64,000 bases of DNA, taken from Thermoanaerobaculia bacterium. Lineage in GTDB: Bacteria; Acidobacteriota; Thermoanaerobaculia; Multivoradales; JAHEKO01. The notes beneath the pieces were generated by a model. The model was not told where the DNA came from. It was given only the letters and a program-made list of their open reading frames with translations, and did no database searches. The stretch covers positions 15,221 to 79,220 of the forward strand of contig CAMYOG010000042.1 of NCBI GenBank assembly GCA_947259925.1, read 5' to 3'. A program made the position numbers and the translations under genes. Below, in pieces: positions 18,549-28,260 of this stretch (positions within the stretch are counted from its first letter, which is position 1; each line of letters opens with the position of its first letter).

Positions 18549-20498
18549 CTATCCGGCCTTCATCCGGTTCCAGGCGAAGAGGCCGCCACCGACCAGCAGC
18601 GCCAGGGCGACCAGGAGCAGCCAGTTGGATTGCCGCTCGCCGCCGCCACTGGCCTGGCCCTGACCCTGCGCGACCGTTTCATCGGCACTGCTGGCACTGC
18701 TGGCACCGCTGGCACCGCCGGCGTCGCTCCCCTGGCCACCACCATCCTCACCAGCTACTCCCCCGTCACCGGTCTGAGCCCCAGCGCTGTCGCTCTCGAT
18801 CACGAAGGTCGCGGTGTCGCAGGCGCTCACCGAGCCGCTCTCACGCGAGCCCTCGGCGCACGCCTCGTTCTCGAGCGCCATCCGGCAGGTGTAGGTCTGG
18901 GTGTCGCCCGCCGCCATCGCTCCGAGCGAGCGCTCGCAATCGGGCGCCAGCTCGTCGATCACCTCGACGGTATCGAGACTGCAGCCGTGATTGGTGACCG
19001 TGATCTCGAAGGTCGCTCCGCCCTCGTCCGCGCCGGCGAACGACTTGTCGATCTCGAGTCCGATCAGCTCGACCGTCGAGGTGTCGCTGTCGGTCACCGT
19101 CTCTCCGCCCGCCGCGCCCGAAGCGACGATCTCGTTCACGAAGCGGCAGTCGGTGACGTTCTCACCGCCGAGAGCGAGGCCGGGCGCGGTGCAGGTGTAG
19201 CGACGCGACGCTCCGGGTGCAAGCGACGCGAACTCGCGATTGCAGTCCGGCGACAGGATATCGGCCACCTTGACCTCGGAGAGCGTCAGCCCGCCGGTGT
19301 TCTTGACGAAGACCTCGAAGGTGGCATCGGTGCCGCTCGGCACGCCGCGCGTATCCGGACCCTTCTTCTGCTTGCGCAGGTAGATGCCCGGCACTCCCGG
19401 TCCGCTGCAGTAGTGGCTCGGATCGGTATCGGTCGCGTCGAGCTCGGAGACCCTCCCGACCGCCTTGACCGAGCCGATGTTGCCGTAGAGGCGCTGGTCC
19501 CGGCTGTTGCGGCAGACGCCGAGAACCGGCTCGAAGCCGAGATCGCCAGAGGCGAGATTCAACGCCGCGCCGCTCGCCGAGCACTCCATCGATTCACCCG
19601 GCTCAAGGGTGTCTCGCGGACAGCTGACCTCGACGCCGCGATCGTCGATCACGGTGACGTTTTGCAGCTGCTCGGTGCCGGTGTTGGTCACCTGATAGGT
19701 CCAGGTGACCGGTCCGCCGATCAGCAGGAACGGTATGTCAGAGCCGGTCGGCAGGTCGGCCTGGCTACCGTTGGTCAGGGTCTCGATATCGATCCGCGGG
19801 CCTGGCTTCTCGAGCTGTACGCTGCTGATCGCGCCCGAGCCGTGCAACTCGACGACCATCTTGAAAACGTTCTCGGTCGGTCCGAGGTCGACGTGTACGA
19901 CGCCGTTGTCGCCGGTGATCGGCAGATTGCGGCTCTCGATCAGGCCGCCGTCGGCACCGTACAGATGCACCGCGGGGGTCTTCTCCTGGTCCTCGACGTC
20001 GATCAGCGTCATCCGATAGACGGTCAGCGGGCCGACCTCCTCCAAGTCGAGCGTGAAGCTCAGCTGGCGGAACTGGCCCTCGTCGTCGGGGTCGTCGATC
20101 AGACCGTCCCCGTCGAGGTCGGCGAGGCTCTCGGCGAGAATCAGGAGCTTGCCGAGCGGCTCAGGGTTCTCGAACGGCGCTCCACGGACACCGCCCCGGC
20201 CCTTCCCGGGAGTCGGTCGGTCCTCGGTGCCGAACGTCTCGTTCGGAGCGCCGAGGTCGAAGTCGTCGCCGGTCGGGTTGCCGGTGTCGAAAACGATCGC
20301 CGCGTTGATGCCCTCTCCGAAGCGCTCGTTGAAGCCGTAGACCTTGATCGGACCGGTGCCCTGAGTGCCGAAGACCTCGTCCACCACCTTGCCTACCGGC
20401 AGGCTGGTGAAGTCGACGACTTCGACTGCGGCGCCGGCGCTGGCCGCGACGAGCAGCAGGCACGCTGCGAAGACGAAGACGCTTCTGGAAATTCTCAT
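18549..20498 (-). CDS. Surface protein with DUF11-like Ig repeats and C-terminal TM anchor
   Basis: Signal peptide; repeats VTWTYQVTNTG...VTVIDD, FEVFVKNTGGLTLSEVKVAD, FEITVTNHG with paired Cys; Gly/Ser/Ala linker; TM helix with basic tail. Confidence 0.75.
   Translation of the reverse strand: MRISRSVFVFAACLLLVAASAGAAVEVVDFTSLPVGKVVDEVFGTQGTGPIKVYGFNERFGEGINAAIVFDTGNPTGDDFDLGAPNETFGTEDRPTPGKGRGGVRGAPFENPEPLGKLLILAESLADLDGDGLIDDPDDEGQFRQLSFTLDLEEVGPLTVYRMTLIDVEDQEKTPAVHLYGADGGLIESRNLPITGDNGVVHVDLGPTENVFKMVVELHGSGAISSVQLEKPGPRIDIETLTNGSQADLPTGSDIPFLLIGGPVTWTYQVTNTGTEQLQNVTVIDDRGVEVSCPRDTLEPGESMECSASGAALNLASGDLGFEPVLGVCRNSRDQRLYGNIGSVKAVGRVSELDATDTDPSHYCSGPGVPGIYLRKQKKGPDTRGVPSGTDATFEVFVKNTGGLTLSEVKVADILSPDCNREFASLAPGASRRYTCTAPGLALGGENVTDCRFVNEIVASGAAGGETVTDSDTSTVELIGLEIDKSFAGADEGGATFEITVTNHGCSLDTVEVIDELAPDCERSLGAMAAGDTQTYTCRMALENEACAEGSRESGSVSACDTATFVIESDSAGAQTGDGGVAGEDGGGQGSDAGGASGASSASSADETVAQGQGQASGGGERQSNWLLLVALALLVGGGLFAWNRMKAG
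18684..18719. repeat. 9-bp coding tandem repeat (GGCACYGCY x4)
   Basis: ggcactgct ggcactgct ggcaccgct ggcaccgcc; encodes the GASGASSASSA linker on the minus strand. Confidence 0.7.
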
Positions 20499-20678
20499 GC
20501 ATCCACCCCCGGGTAGGAGAACCTACGGCAGGTCGATCGCTCCGCGAGCGCTCGACGCTGGGAATCACGCGTTCCGGATAAGAAACATTTTAGCGCAACT
20601 CGACCGCCGCCGGGCTCGTCGATGCGCACATGCGCAAGTCGTTATCTCCTCTGTTTCCAAGGAGATGCGCAGATTTGG

Positions 20679-21458
20679 CTAACCGCCCTGCTCGGCCAGC
20701 CAGGCCTCGAAACCGCCCTGCTCGTGCACGGTGATGAAGCCCCGCATCCGATAGTGGCCGAGGCCGCAGAGCTGCGCGCAGGCGATCTCCCAGCATTCCT
20801 TCTCGGCCGCGCAGGCGGGCAAGGTCGCCGCCGCCGGCGTCGGCATCACCGCGGTGAAGTGGATCGGAGTCTCCATGCCCGGAATCGCGTCCTGTTTCAC
20901 CCGCAGCACCGGCAACGCGAAGCTGTGGATCACGTCCTTGGAGGACAGGAGGACCGTTACCGGCCGATCGACCGGCAGGTGGAGCTGGTTGATCGTGACG
21001 ATGTCGTCCGCACCGGCGGAATCTTCGGGGTCGAGACCGATCGGGTTCGAGGCGCCCATCAGCTCCGCCTTCTGGGAGCCGAAGACGCCGTCCGGCCCCG
21101 GATAGTGGATGTTCCAGGCGAATTGCTCACCGATCACCCGGACCGTCAGCGGGTTGTCGCCGGCGGCCGGCGGCGTGACCCAACGCGCCCACGCCGGGAT
21201 GGCGAAACCGACGAGGATGATCGCTTCGGCGATCACGACCCCGATCTCGGTCCAGGTCGAGATCTTGGACTTGGCACCGACGTAGTCGGCCTTCGGCTGG
21301 CGTCCGGCGCGGTAGCGGAACAGCACCCAGATGAAGTAGATCCCCCAGCCGACGAAGAGCAGCGCCATCAGCCAGTGGACGATAGCGTTCATCTGATCCA
21401 GCTCGGCGCCGTGCGCCGACGCGTCGATCGGCATCCAGCGAGCCAGTAAGTCCTTCAT
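20679..21458 (-). CDS. coxB: Cytochrome c oxidase subunit II (CuA), without a cytochrome c domain
   Basis: EQFAW, DVIHSF, KQDAIPG, CAQLCGLGHYRM. Confidence 0.93.
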   Translation of the reverse strand: MKDLLARWMPIDASAHGAELDQMNAIVHWLMALLFVGWGIYFIWVLFRYRAGRQPKADYVGAKSKISTWTEIGVVIAEAIILVGFAIPAWARWVTPPAAGDNPLTVRVIGEQFAWNIHYPGPDGVFGSQKAELMGASNPIGLDPEDSAGADDIVTINQLHLPVDRPVTVLLSSKDVIHSFALPVLRVKQDAIPGMETPIHFTAVMPTPAAATLPACAAEKECWEIACAQLCGLGHYRMRGFITVHEQGGFEAWLAEQGG

Positions 21459-21719
21459 CTACTTCACTCCTCCTTCAATGAGGCTGAATCGTCCGCGCTG
21501 TCGCTCCAACCGTCTGGCGCGAACTCGAAAGCTGACGAACAGAGCCCAGAAACCGATCTGCACGAAGACGACGAATCCGAGCAGCACCAGAATGCCGTTG
21601 TTCACTCCCGCCGCCATCGGCGAGTCGGGATCACCGAGGCAAACCGTGCACGCCGACGCCACCGCCGGCCAGAGCATGGCCGCCACGACCAGAACGGAGA
21701 CTGCGAACCGCGGCAGCAC
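21459..21719 (-). CDS. Small signal-peptide/TM protein with CxxC motif in the oxidase operon
   Basis: GTG 21719: MLPRFAVSVLVVAAMLWPAVASACTVCLGDPDSPMAAGVNNGILVLLGFVVFVQIGFWALF...; its 3' end contains the GGAGG SD of coxB. Confidence 0.75.
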   Translation of the reverse strand: MLPRFAVSVLVVAAMLWPAVASACTVCLGDPDSPMAAGVNNGILVLLGFVVFVQIGFWALFVSFRVRARRLERQRGRFSLIEGGVK

Positions 21720-21721
21720 GC

Positions 21722-21922
21722 TCAACCGAGCTCCTTGAGCTTCTGGAAATACCGGGTGCCATAGACCACCAGGCCCAGGCCGACCACGAAGAAGACCCCG
21801 GCGAGCACCAGCCCGCCCTTGTCGCCGAGCGTCAGATACTGCTGGACCCCCCACCCCGCCACCATCGCCGACAGCGCGATCGAAAGAGCGATGAACAGGA
21901 CGTGAAAGATGCGCAGCGACAT
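21722..21922 (-). CDS. Small 2-TM membrane protein in the oxidase operon
   Basis: 66 aa, MSLRIFHVLFIALS...; tightly packed between the subunit IV gene and the CxxC ORF. Confidence 0.75.
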   Translation of the reverse strand: MSLRIFHVLFIALSIALSAMVAGWGVQQYLTLGDKGGLVLAGVFFVVGLGLVVYGTRYFQKLKELG

Positions 21923-21925
21923 CGG

Positions 21926-22228
21926 CTAGCTCCCGGTCGACCCCATCATGCTGCCGAGCGGCAAGACCAGGAGCACCACGAAGAAGACCGCCGTGATCAG
22001 GAGCACGGTGTAGATCAGCTTGCGCTCCGAGATCAGGTGCATGAAGTAGCACGCCACCAGCGAGCCCTTGATGGTCGCCACCAGCAGCGCCAGCGCCACC
22101 GCGACACCGAAGCTGACGTTCATGTAGCTGATGGCCACCGTCACCGCGGTGAACGCGGCGAGCGCGAAGAAGACGTTGCGGTAGACCCGCGTCTCCTTCT
22201 TGATCTCTTCGACTGTATGTCCCCCCAT
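21926..22228 (-). CDS. coxD: Cytochrome c oxidase subunit IV
   Basis: VATIKGSLVACYFMHL motif; 3 TM helices. Confidence 0.9.
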   Translation of the reverse strand: MGGHTVEEIKKETRVYRNVFFALAAFTAVTVAISYMNVSFGVAVALALLVATIKGSLVACYFMHLISERKLIYTVLLITAVFFVVLLVLPLGSMMGSTGS

Positions 22229-22237
22229 CGGTCCTCC

Positions 22238-22828
22238 TTACAGTAGGTAGAGGGTCGGGAACAGGAAGATCCAGACCAGGTCGACGAAGTGCCAGTAGAG
22301 ACCACAGGTCTCGATGCGGTTGGTGAAGCGCTCGGGCTCGGTCTGCCACATCTTGGCACCCGGACCGAGGAAGTAGGCGAAGACCACCATGCCGCCGACC
22401 ACGTGCAGACCGTGCAGGCCGGTGAGCAGGAAGTAGGTCGAGTAGAAGTTGTCGGTCGACGGATAGATGCCGTGCGAGAACTTGGAGCCGTACTCGATCG
22501 CTTTGATGACCATGAAGATGACCCCGCAGCCGAAGGTCGCCCACAGATACATCTTGAACTTGCCGAACTCCTTGAGCCTCAGCGACGCCCACGCCATGAC
22601 CACGGTGACACTCGAAGCGATCAGGACGAAGGTGTTGACCGTTGCCAGCGGCACGTTCAGCTTCTCGGCGCCGTGCGGCCAGTAGTCCGCACCGGTTCGC
22701 AGCAGGATGAGCGCCGAGAAGAGCGCCCCGAAGAGCATCACCTCGGAGGCGAGGAAGAGCCAGATGCCGAGCTTGGCGTTGTAGAGACCGGTGTCCGGCC
22801 GCTCTTCGACGGTGTAGGGAATCTGCAT
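22238..22828 (-). CDS. coxC: Cytochrome c oxidase subunit III
   Basis: [31 protein letters not shown]. Confidence 0.95.
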   Translation of the reverse strand: MQIPYTVEERPDTGLYNAKLGIWLFLASEVMLFGALFSALILLRTGADYWPHGAEKLNVPLATVNTFVLIASSVTVVMAWASLRLKEFGKFKMYLWATFGCGVIFMVIKAIEYGSKFSHGIYPSTDNFYSTYFLLTGLHGLHVVGGMVVFAYFLGPGAKMWQTEPERFTNRIETCGLYWHFVDLVWIFLFPTLYLL

Positions 22829-22833
22829 CTCGG

Positions 22834-24606
22834 TCAGCCCTCCTGCACCACCGCGTTCTGCGGCGTGAAGTCCTGGTCATGGCCGGGCACGCTGTACTCG
22901 TACGGGCCGCGGGTGACGACCGGAATCTCCGAGAAGTTGCCGTGCGCGATCGGCGGCGACGGCGCCGCCACCCACTCGAGCGTGGTCGCCTGCCAGGGGT
23001 TGGAGTCGACCTTCTTCCCCTTTTTGATGCTCAGGAAGAAGTTGATGATGAACGGCAGCTGCGCCAGGAGCAGACCGTAGGCCGAGTACGACATCACCTT
23101 GTTGAGGCCGAGCACGCTCTGGGCGTGGGCGTACTGGTCGCCGCCGTCGTAGAGCCGCCGCGAGACACCGGCCAGCCCCTGGATGAACATCGGCATGAAG
23201 ACGCCGTTCATGAACAGGAGCGACGGCCAGAAGTGGAGCTTGCCCAGGGCTTCGCTCATCTTGCGGCCGGTCACCTTCGGGAACCAGTAGTAGATGCCGG
23301 CGAAGATCGCGAAGATCGTTCCGGGCGCGACCACGTAGTGGAAGTGGCCGATCACGTAGTAGGTGTCGTGCAGATGAATGTCGGTCGGCGCCAGTCCGAG
23401 CGGCAGGCCGGTCAGCCCGCCGATTCCGAACATGATCAGGAACGCCAGCGAGAAGAGCATCGGCGTGTTGAAGCGGATCGAGCCGCCCTTGAGCGACATG
23501 AAGAGGGCGGTCAGGATGACCACCGACGGCACCGAGATGATCATGGTGGTGGTCTGGAAGAAGGCGCTGATGGTGGTGCCCATGCCGGTCATGAACATGT
23601 GGTGCGCCCAGACGATGAACGACATGGCGCCGAGGAAGATCGCCGAGTAGACCATCGCCTTGTAGCCCCAGAGCGGCTTGCGGATGTTGTTGGCGATCAC
23701 CTCGGCGACGATGCCCATCGCCGGCAGGATCAGCACGTAGACCTCGGGGTGGGCCAGGAACCAGAAGAGATGCTGCCAGAGGAGTGGACTACCGCCGCCG
23801 GCGTACGGTTGTACCTCACCGCTCACGACCAGGCCCTCGGGCATGAAGAAGCTGGTCTCCAGCACCCGGTCGAGGAGCTGCATGAAGCCCGCCGCCTCGA
23901 GGGGCGGGAACGCCAGCAGGAGCAGGAACGCGGTCACGAACTGCGCCCATACGAAGAACGGGAAGCGCATGTACGAGAGCCCCTTGGCTCGCAGCTGGAT
24001 GACGGTGGTAATGAAGTTGACCGAGCCGAGCAGCGAGGAGGTGATCAGGAAGACCATGCCGATCAGCCAGAAGGTCTGTCCGGTGGTCGCCGTCACCGAG
24101 AGCGGAGCGTAGGAGGTCCAGCCGGAGTTGGCCGCACCGCCGGGCACGAAGAAGCTCACCGCCATGACCACGCCGCCCGACGCGTAGACCCAGTAGCTCG
24201 CCATGTTGAGCTTCGGGAACGCCATGTCGGGCGCGCCGATCTGCAGCGGTAGCACGTAGTTGCCGAAGGCGCCGACCAGGAGCGGCACGATCGCCATGAA
24301 CACCATGATCGTGCCGTGCATCGCTCCGAGCTGGTTGTAGAACTCCGGCAGCATGATGCCGCCGGGCGCGTTGGCCTCGCCGAGCAGCCCACCGATGATC
24401 GGGATCGGCCGGCCGGGAAAAGCCAGCTGCCAGCGCATGATCAGCATCAGGGTGAAGCCGAACAGCAGGAAAACCAGAGAGGTCAGCGCATACTGGATGC
24501 CGATCACCTTGTGGTCCTGGGAGAAGACGTACTTCGTCCAGAACGACTCGTGGTGATGGTGCTCCTCGTGATGCTCCTCTTCTGGATGCTTTTCGAGAAC
24601 GCTCAT
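22834..24606 (-). CDS. coxA: Heme-copper oxidase subunit I, A1 type
   Basis: DHKVIG, MHGTIM, LAHPEVY (Glu-containing, A1), WAHHMF, GHFHY, SRR; His-rich N-terminus. Confidence 0.96.
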   Translation of the reverse strand: MSVLEKHPEEEHHEEHHHHESFWTKYVFSQDHKVIGIQYALTSLVFLLFGFTLMLIMRWQLAFPGRPIPIIGGLLGEANAPGGIMLPEFYNQLGAMHGTIMVFMAIVPLLVGAFGNYVLPLQIGAPDMAFPKLNMASYWVYASGGVVMAVSFFVPGGAANSGWTSYAPLSVTATTGQTFWLIGMVFLITSSLLGSVNFITTVIQLRAKGLSYMRFPFFVWAQFVTAFLLLLAFPPLEAAGFMQLLDRVLETSFFMPEGLVVSGEVQPYAGGGSPLLWQHLFWFLAHPEVYVLILPAMGIVAEVIANNIRKPLWGYKAMVYSAIFLGAMSFIVWAHHMFMTGMGTTISAFFQTTTMIISVPSVVILTALFMSLKGGSIRFNTPMLFSLAFLIMFGIGGLTGLPLGLAPTDIHLHDTYYVIGHFHYVVAPGTIFAIFAGIYYWFPKVTGRKMSEALGKLHFWPSLLFMNGVFMPMFIQGLAGVSRRLYDGGDQYAHAQSVLGLNKVMSYSAYGLLLAQLPFIINFFLSIKKGKKVDSNPWQATTLEWVAAPSPPIAHGNFSEIPVVTRGPYEYSVPGHDQDFTPQNAVVQEG

Positions 24607-24776
24607 CAACACACTCCTCGAGATGCACTACTGGAGACCTGTTGCGGAAGTACCCCCCCTGCCCCCCGAAGCAGGCCGATTGAAATCGCTTGCGGAGCGG
24701 AGTCTACGACAGAGCCCGGGGGGTCGCAAGGCGGCTAGACGAGAGCCTCGAGACCGCCCGCGCAGCGCCCGCACGG

Positions 24777-25343
24777 CTAGGAAACCCGGGCGAGAATCCG
24801 CCTGATCTGGTCTATGTGCTCGAGAGTGTGCGGATGGGGAATCAGCGCCAGGCACTTCCAGTCGAGAGTCTCGGTCCACTCGAGCGCTTCGAGCTCGCCT
24901 CGCTCGTCTTCGATCTTGATCACCATCACCAGCGGTACCGTGGGGGTGAGCGGTAGATCGTCGTCGGCACGAAGCAACACGTCCAGAAAGCGGCGATGCA
25001 TCGTCCGCAGCCAGGCGACCGTATCGGCCCACGATCGTTCGAGCGCCTCGGCCGAGATCAGGTGGGCCGGAATCGCGGCCCCGGGCGGCTCACCCTCGAT
25101 CGCGGCTCCGAGTTGTTCGACCGCGGGCTCGAGGCTGATCGCCAGATGGTCGACGACCTCTTGAACGCACCATGTATCCGCATCTGGCGCCTGTGCCGCT
25201 GTCTCGCTGTCGATCGATGCGAGCAGACGCTCGAGCTCGGCGAACGTCCGTTCGACGCGCGATCGAATGGACTCGAGCGGCGCCTCGGTCCCCTTGCGAC
25301 GCAGATATGCGAGCGCCCGCTCCTGTGCGGGATGCAGGGTCAC
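24777..25343 (-). CDS. DinB family protein
   Basis: WCVQEVVDHL...HTLEHIDQI His pattern; GTG start overlaps the upstream stop. Confidence 0.8.
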   Translation of the reverse strand: MTLHPAQERALAYLRRKGTEAPLESIRSRVERTFAELERLLASIDSETAAQAPDADTWCVQEVVDHLAISLEPAVEQLGAAIEGEPPGAAIPAHLISAEALERSWADTVAWLRTMHRRFLDVLLRADDDLPLTPTVPLVMVIKIEDERGELEALEWTETLDWKCLALIPHPHTLEHIDQIRRILARVS

Positions 25344-25945
25344 TCGGCGGTCTCCCAGGCGAGGACAGCGCGCCCGCGCGGCGACAGCTCGTAGCCGATC
25401 GGGTAGCTGACGGTCAGACTGAGCGCCTTGAGCCGACGCACGCTCGCCTTGAAGACCCGCGTTTCGAGCCCGAGCTCGGCGGCCAGCTGGGAGGCGGCGG
25501 TGCGCGGCCGGCTCGCGATCGCCCGCAGCGTCGACTCGGTCCACGGTCCCCGCCGGCTGCGTCGATCCATCCGCTCGAGCTCGCGGCGAAGCTCGCTGAG
25601 CGCTTCCGGGCTGACGTCGGCCCGCAACGCGACGCGCGGGTCCTGCCGCTCGCCGAGATAGCGGAAGGAGACCGCGAAGACCCGGTCCGCGGGTCCGAGC
25701 TCGCGCCGACCGGTGCGGCCCAGTTCTCGACGGAGCTCCACCGCAGTCGTGAACCCGGCCGCGCGTGCCTGGCGCTCGCCGATCGAAGCCAGCTTCACGC
25801 GCTCGATCGACTCGACTTCCACTATGTCCGAGCGGCCGAAGCGGTAGCGCCCGCCCACCTTGACGCGAGCGCTCGCCCACGCCCGGAAGGTCACGGTCAC
25901 CGAGCCGCTCCGGATCCCTTCGTGGAAACGCTCCTTGAACAGCAT
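25340..25945 (-). CDS. ASCH domain protein with C-terminal winged HTH
   Basis: GIRSGSVTVTFRAW, ARAAGF, FKASVRRLKALSLTVS..GYELSPRG. Confidence 0.8.
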   Translation of the reverse strand: MLFKERFHEGIRSGSVTVTFRAWASARVKVGGRYRFGRSDIVEVESIERVKLASIGERQARAAGFTTAVELRRELGRTGRRELGPADRVFAVSFRYLGERQDPRVALRADVSPEALSELRRELERMDRRSRRGPWTESTLRAIASRPRTAASQLAAELGLETRVFKASVRRLKALSLTVSYPIGYELSPRGRAVLAWETAE

Positions 25946-25954
25946 CGGGGCGCG

Positions 25955-26629
25955 TCAGCCAGCCGGTGCGCCGCGGCGGCCCGACGGGACGGGTAGCCTC
26001 GCCCACTCAGCCGTACCGATCAGGATCAGCCGGGACCAGATCTGGTCGACCGGCAGCTCGAAGAGGTGCGTCGGGCGACCGTCCACCAGATGCCAGCCAC
26101 CGACGGCGAGCTCGGCCTCGAGCTGGCCCGGCGCCCATCCCGCATAGCCGGCGTAGGCCCGATAGGTATCGCTCTCCTCGGGCGCGCTGACCAGGCGCTC
26201 CAGCAGCTCACGGCTATGACTCAGATAGACGTCAGCGAACACCCGCTCCGCGCTCTCCGGCTCCGACGCGGCCTGGAGGAGCAGAGAGAAGCGCGCCGGC
26301 TCGACCGGTCCGCCGATGAACACCGGCTCGGCGAGCTCGGCCGGCTCTCCCTCGACCCCGGGCAGCACACTCTCCAGCGCGATCTCGGACGGCCGGTTGA
26401 TGATCAGTCCGACCGCACCGGTCCGCCGGCCGTAGTCGACGATCAGGACGACCGTCTGGCGGAAGTTGGGGTCCTGGAGCTGACGGCTGGCGACCAGCAG
26501 CTTGCCCGGCTCGAGGTCGTCCGCCTGGTCCCCGACGCCTTGACACAGCGCCGGGGACGCCAGTCCGACCGTCAGGAGTGGCACCAGCCATCCGGCCGCT
26601 CGAGACCTGCTCCGTCTGGCCCACGTCAT
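25955..26629 (-). CDS. YqgE/AlgH family protein
   Basis: LLVAS..L.DPNFRQTVVLI, GLIINRP, GGPV, GYAGWAPGQLEAEL. Confidence 0.92.
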   Translation of the reverse strand: MTWARRSRSRAAGWLVPLLTVGLASPALCQGVGDQADDLEPGKLLVASRQLQDPNFRQTVVLIVDYGRRTGAVGLIINRPSEIALESVLPGVEGEPAELAEPVFIGGPVEPARFSLLLQAASEPESAERVFADVYLSHSRELLERLVSAPEESDTYRAYAGYAGWAPGQLEAELAVGGWHLVDGRPTHLFELPVDQIWSRLILIGTAEWARLPVPSGRRGAPAG

Positions 26630-26714
26630 CCGCCGACTCTATCCGAGTCGTACGACGCCCGATTCGAGGCGCACGGTTGCCGCGGCGCCGGTCGGCGCGT
26701 ATGCTGGCCCCCGG

Positions 26715-27551
26715 GTGAAGGAGGCTCGCTTCTATCTCGCCGGCGGGATCGTCGCTTTCGGCGGCCTGGGCGCCCTGCTGCTCGCCGGCACCAGTCGGGC
26801 GGCGGTGTTGCTCGTGCTCGGTGGACTGGCGACGATCGGCTTCGGCGTCTGGACGGCATGGCGCCGCTCGCACCGGGTGCGCGTGGAGATCGAGGACGAC
26901 CACCTCCATCCGCGGCCGGTCCTCGACGAGCCCAAGGGTACGTTCGATCTCATCACCGGGATGGCCGTGCGGGTCTGTAACCGGCTGGAGGAGCCGGTCG
27001 GTATCCGGATCGATACGCTGCTCTACGAGCGCACTCGCTGGAAGTGGGATCGACCGGTCTCGGACGCCCGCCCGGTCCGTCTTCTGGCCTCTTCGGTGGT
27101 TCCCGGCAAGACATCCAAGTCGTTTATTGTCAAGAACTACACCCGCATCCCCGACAGCGTCGACGAGCTCACCACGAGTTATTTCGTCAAGCTTCTGATC
27201 GAGACCTCCGACTACGGCAAGAGCCTCCATCGGGTCTTCCTGCGCGAGCACTTCGAGCTCCCGAAGGAGATTCCCCTGCAGCCGGAGCCGGACGAGTCGA
27301 TGGTCTCCGAGAAGGCTCCCCTCCTCCCCTTCTCCGAGCGCCTGGAGAGCGCGCGGCCGCCCGTGCGTCGGCGCTCGCTGGCCGAGCGCTTGCGCGCCCT
27401 CCGCAAGCGGCTCGGAATCCACCGGGCCGAGGAGGAGACCGGTGAGTTCAAGATCCACCGGCTGCACGAGAGCACCGACAGCCTCGACGGGTTGATCGAC
27501 GAGATCAACGCCGAGCTCGAGAAAGAGCTGCAGAGCGGCGGACGCGGCTAG
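26715..27551 (+). CDS. Hypothetical membrane protein (2 N-terminal TM helices)
   Basis: 278-aa ORF with realistic composition, preceded by a TATGCT -10-like hexamer. Confidence 0.65.
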   Translation: MKEARFYLAGGIVAFGGLGALLLAGTSRAAVLLVLGGLATIGFGVWTAWRRSHRVRVEIEDDHLHPRPVLDEPKGTFDLITGMAVRVCNRLEEPVGIRIDTLLYERTRWKWDRPVSDARPVRLLASSVVPGKTSKSFIVKNYTRIPDSVDELTTSYFVKLLIETSDYGKSLHRVFLREHFELPKEIPLQPEPDESMVSEKAPLLPFSERLESARPPVRRRSLAERLRALRKRLGIHRAEEETGEFKIHRLHESTDSLDGLIDEINAELEKELQSGGRG

Positions 27552-27555
27552 CGGG

Positions 27556-28137
27556 TCAGCTCAGCTCGCGGTGGCGGAAGCAGGCGGTCCGATGGTCGTT
27601 GACCATCCCCGCCGCCTGCATGTACGCGTAGCAGATCGTCGAGCCGACGAAGTTCATCCCGCGCTGCTTCAGGTCCTTGCTCATGGCGTCCGACTCGGCG
27701 GTGCTCGCCGGTATCTCTTCCAGGGTCCGCCAGCGGTTCTGGATGGTCTCTCCGCCGACGAACCGCCAGACGTAGGCGTCGAACGAGCCGAACTCCCGCT
27801 GGATCTTCAGGAAGACCCGAGCGTTGCGCACCGCCGACTCCACCTTCAGACGGTTGCGGACGATCCCCGGATCGCGCAGTAGCGACTCGATCTTGCGCTT
27901 GCCGTAGCGGGCGACCTTGGCGGGATCGAAGCCCGAGAAGACCTTGCGGTAGCGAGCACGCTTGTGCAGGATCGTCCGCCAGCTCAACCCCGCCTGGGCA
28001 CCGTCGAGCACCAGGAACTCGAAATGGCGACGATCGTCGTGAAGCGGCACACCCCACTCGCGATCGTGGTACTCGATCATCAGCGGATCGTCGCCAGGCC
28101 AACCACAGCGCTCCAGTTCCGGTGACAGGATACTCAT
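27556..28137 (-). CDS. tag: DNA-3-methyladenine glycosylase I
   Basis: RCGW, YHDREWG, QAGLSW, GIVRNRLK, FVGSTICYAYMQAAGMVNDH...C. Confidence 0.96.
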   Translation of the reverse strand: MSILSPELERCGWPGDDPLMIEYHDREWGVPLHDDRRHFEFLVLDGAQAGLSWRTILHKRARYRKVFSGFDPAKVARYGKRKIESLLRDPGIVRNRLKVESAVRNARVFLKIQREFGSFDAYVWRFVGGETIQNRWRTLEEIPASTAESDAMSKDLKQRGMNFVGSTICYAYMQAAGMVNDHRTACFRHRELS

Positions 28138-28260
28138 CTCCCTCGAGTCAGTTGCGGTGACAGGATACCTATCTGCCGGTAAACCCCGGTGACAGGATTC
28201 TCATCTCCCAAACGCTGGCGAGCTGAAGGAGCTGGGAGTTAAGTATCCTGTCACCGGAAT
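28115..28260. repeat. REP-like cluster (locus C): three direct copies and one inverted copy of CGGTGACAGGAT
   Basis: Copies at 28120, 28155 and 28187 (cggtgacaggatactcatctccc / cggtgacaggatacctatctgcc / cggtgacaggattctcatctccc); inverted gtatcctgtcaccggaat at 28243-28260. Confidence 0.85.

Noticed and set aside
15549..20498. Prophage or plasmid integration around parA
   Set aside because: No integrase, att repeats, replication or structural genes, and no obvious compositional shift.
28115..28260. Possible mini CRISPR array
   Set aside because: Units are degenerate, spacers are only about 10 bp, one copy is inverted, no cas genes are present, and the motif recurs elsewhere as inverted pairs.
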